Positions 62,288-64,000 of a stretch of DNA of 64,000 nt are shown in pieces. The DNA is taken from the NCBI GenBank assembly GCA_965248445.1, contig CBDFJG010000003.1, positions 785,081 through 849,080 on the forward strand, written 5' to 3'. The DNA is from Planctomycetota bacterium (GTDB lineage Bacteria; Planctomycetota; JAJSAM01; JAJVHW01). Position 1 is the first letter of the stretch. Each line of letters opens with the position of its first letter. The notes below the pieces were generated by a model. That model saw only the letters and a list, made by a program, of their open reading frames with translations, was not told the DNA's origin and searched no databases. The position numbers and the translations under genes are program-made.

Positions 62288-64000
62288 ATGCGGGGAACGA
62301 CGAAGTTCGCGGCACTGGCCGCACTGATTCTGGTTGCGACGTCTGCGCCGACGGGCACGGCGGCGACGACACAAACGTACGAGGACGGCGACTTCGCCCC
62401 GGCCGACTGGGATTCCGTGCCCGTCGGCCCAGCGGGGGGCGCCACGTCCCTGGCGCGCCAGCCGAACGGCGGGGTTCCCGGAGCGTACGCGGAAGTGACG
62501 ACGACAGCCGCTGCCGGTGCAGCCGCGCTGTGGGGCTTTCACATCAACACCACCGCCGTGTACGACACCAGCACACTCGGCGGGATCGACACGGTGAACT
62601 ACTCCGAGAGTTCGCGTTCCTCAGGCGGAGTCATTCAGGGAATCCACCCGGCGTTGCGTCAGGCCGGGAAGCTCTACGCCCACATCACCGCCCTGATCAC
62701 GACGGCCAATCCAGCGGCCTGGGAGCGGAACGACGTGTTCGGCATGAGCGAGGCCAGCTTCCGAACGCAGGCATCGAGCTCGGACCACCCCGATTTTTCC
62801 CCCACCGGCGGCCCGATCGAATTCGGGTTCATGCGGGCGGTGTCCGCAGAACTCGATCGCAAGGGCCACATCGACAACTGGAAGGTCACCGTCAACCCGC
62901 CGCCCGGCGTCAATCTCCCCCCCGAGATCCGCGCCGAGTCACACACGACGATTCAGTTCTCGGCGGCAGGCGGTGGCGGCACGGATGTCACAGATCAGGT
63001 CGTGAGCCATGCGCCGGCCGACGTGACGGATCTGTCCGAAGCCTCCGGCTCGGCGGGCGACAACTCCAACGTCGTGAACGGCGGATCCCAGGCGCGCGCC
63101 GGGCTTGCAGGCGGACTGGGCGCGCGCAGCGGGGCATCCACCGGCATCGGCGCCGGGTTCGTCGAGTCGATTCGATCGACGTCCCTCGCGAGCCACCGCC
63201 GCGTGTTCTACGCCGAGTGGAACGGCAGCGGTCCGCCTCCCACCAACTTGCAACTGAGCCTCACCGTCGGTGCGCACGGCACACTGGGACTTCGCGACCT
63301 GGGGTTCGACAATCCCTCGCCTCCTGCGGCGGACGACGTCTTCGCGAAGGGACGGGCGCGCGTCAGGCTCATCACCACCTCGAACGGCACGAGCACCCCG
63401 TTCGACGAGAGTGTCACGCTGTTGTTCGGCTCGACCAGCGCCACGCCCCTCTGGACCGCCCATGTGTCGCCGGGGGCCGACGCCCAAGGTCGTCCGATCA
63501 CGACCCTCTCGTACAACAACACCTTCCCCGGACTCCTCTCCGTGCCCCACTCCGAGGAGTTCGCGATCGAGTACCTGCTCGAGACCGAGGCGTTCGTCGC
63601 CGCGCGTGCGCCACAGTGGGGAGCGTTCGCTGATTTTTCCGACACGCTGACGCTTGTCGTCGCCACGGACACCGCCGACATGGAACTCGTGGAGGTGTTC
63701 CCCGACCTGGACCCGACCGAGCCCACCGCCGTGACGGGCAAGCGATTGACGAAGCTCGCCAAGTTCTTCAAGGAGAAGAAGAAGGACGAGACGGCGGAGC
63801 TGCTGCTCGGCGACGGCACGTGGGCGCTCCTGGTCGACCGCAGGCGGCGACTGGCCGGCACATTCACGGTGAAGGACAAGCGCGGCAACAAGCTCTTGCT
63901 GACGCTCGACGACGCGTCGCTGGAGACGCTGCTGGGCGGCCTTGGGTTCATCACCCCGGGAGAATCCGAGAACCTCGGATTCCTCGCGGTCGCGCTGAAA
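62288..64000 (+). CDS. Hypothetical secreted protein (3' end outside window)
   Basis: The translation was done manually: MRGTTKFAALAALILVATSAPTGTAATTQTYEDG... continues without a stop to the window edge, with strong GC3 bias and a signal peptide. It is not in the supplied ORF track because it runs off the edge. Confidence 0.55.
   Translation, partial: MRGTTKFAALAALILVATSAPTGTAATTQTYEDGDFAPADWDSVPVGPAGGATSLARQPNGGVPGAYAEVTTTAAAGAAALWGFHINTTAVYDTSTLGGIDTVNYSESSRSSGGVIQGIHPALRQAGKLYAHITALITTANPAAWERNDVFGMSEASFRTQASSSDHPDFSPTGGPIEFGFMRAVSAELDRKGHIDNWKVTVNPPPGVNLPPEIRAESHTTIQFSAAGGGGTDVTDQVVSHAPADVTDLSEASGSAGDNSNVVNGGSQARAGLAGGLGARSGASTGIGAGFVESIRSTSLASHRRVFYAEWNGSGPPPTNLQLSLTVGAHGTLGLRDLGFDNPSPPAADDVFAKGRARVRLITTSNGTSTPFDESVTLLFGSTSATPLWTAHVSPGADAQGRPITTLSYNNTFPGLLSVPHSEEFAIEYLLETEAFVAARAPQWGAFADFSDTLTLVVATDTADMELVEVFPDLDPTEPTAVTGKRLTKLAKFFKEKKKDETAELLLGDGTWALLVDRRRRLAGTFTVKDKRGNKLLLTLDDASLETLLGGLGFITPGESENLGFLAVALK

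Overview
High-GC (~70%) bacterial chromosomal window. The source is not determinable from the sequence alone; the gene content (many secreted peptidases, PKD domains, a Ser/Thr kinase, TPR proteins, lipoproteins) is reminiscent of Myxococcota, Gemmatimonadota or Acidobacteria-like soil bacteria.

Core housekeeping content, in order:
- a 5'-truncated XerC/XerD-type recombinase;
- a uvrB-uvrC pair that is translationally coupled;
- queD coupled to an M20D amidohydrolase;
- a complete 14-gene NADH:quinone oxidoreductase operon nuoA-N on the minus strand (27858 to 13887), heavily coupled and using several GTG starts;
- an apbC/mrp Fe-S carrier ATPase.

Accessory content is dominated by exported peptidases:
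- two M1 aminopeptidase-like genes arranged divergently, one carrying HEAT repeats, the other fused to an M28 peptidase;
- a frameshifted S8 subtilisin-PKD gene;
- an HEXXH gluzincin-like giant secreted protein;
- an M20D amidohydrolase and an SGNH hydrolase;
- a Ser/Thr kinase plus TPR proteins.

The most unusual locus is a minus-strand module at 46968-56097. It encodes an NfeD/YqiJ-like membrane protein, a 662-aa flotillin (SPFH) protein, a 1797-aa protein with a single AAA_5-type ATPase domain, and a small protein made of two degenerate GGDEF/palm-like domains. It looks like a membrane-microdomain-anchored ATPase machine of unknown function and is the best candidate here for an undescribed system.

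Coordinates of internal starts were derived arithmetically from the supplied ORF track and may be off by a few codons. No rRNA, tRNA, CRISPR or obvious mobile elements were seen.
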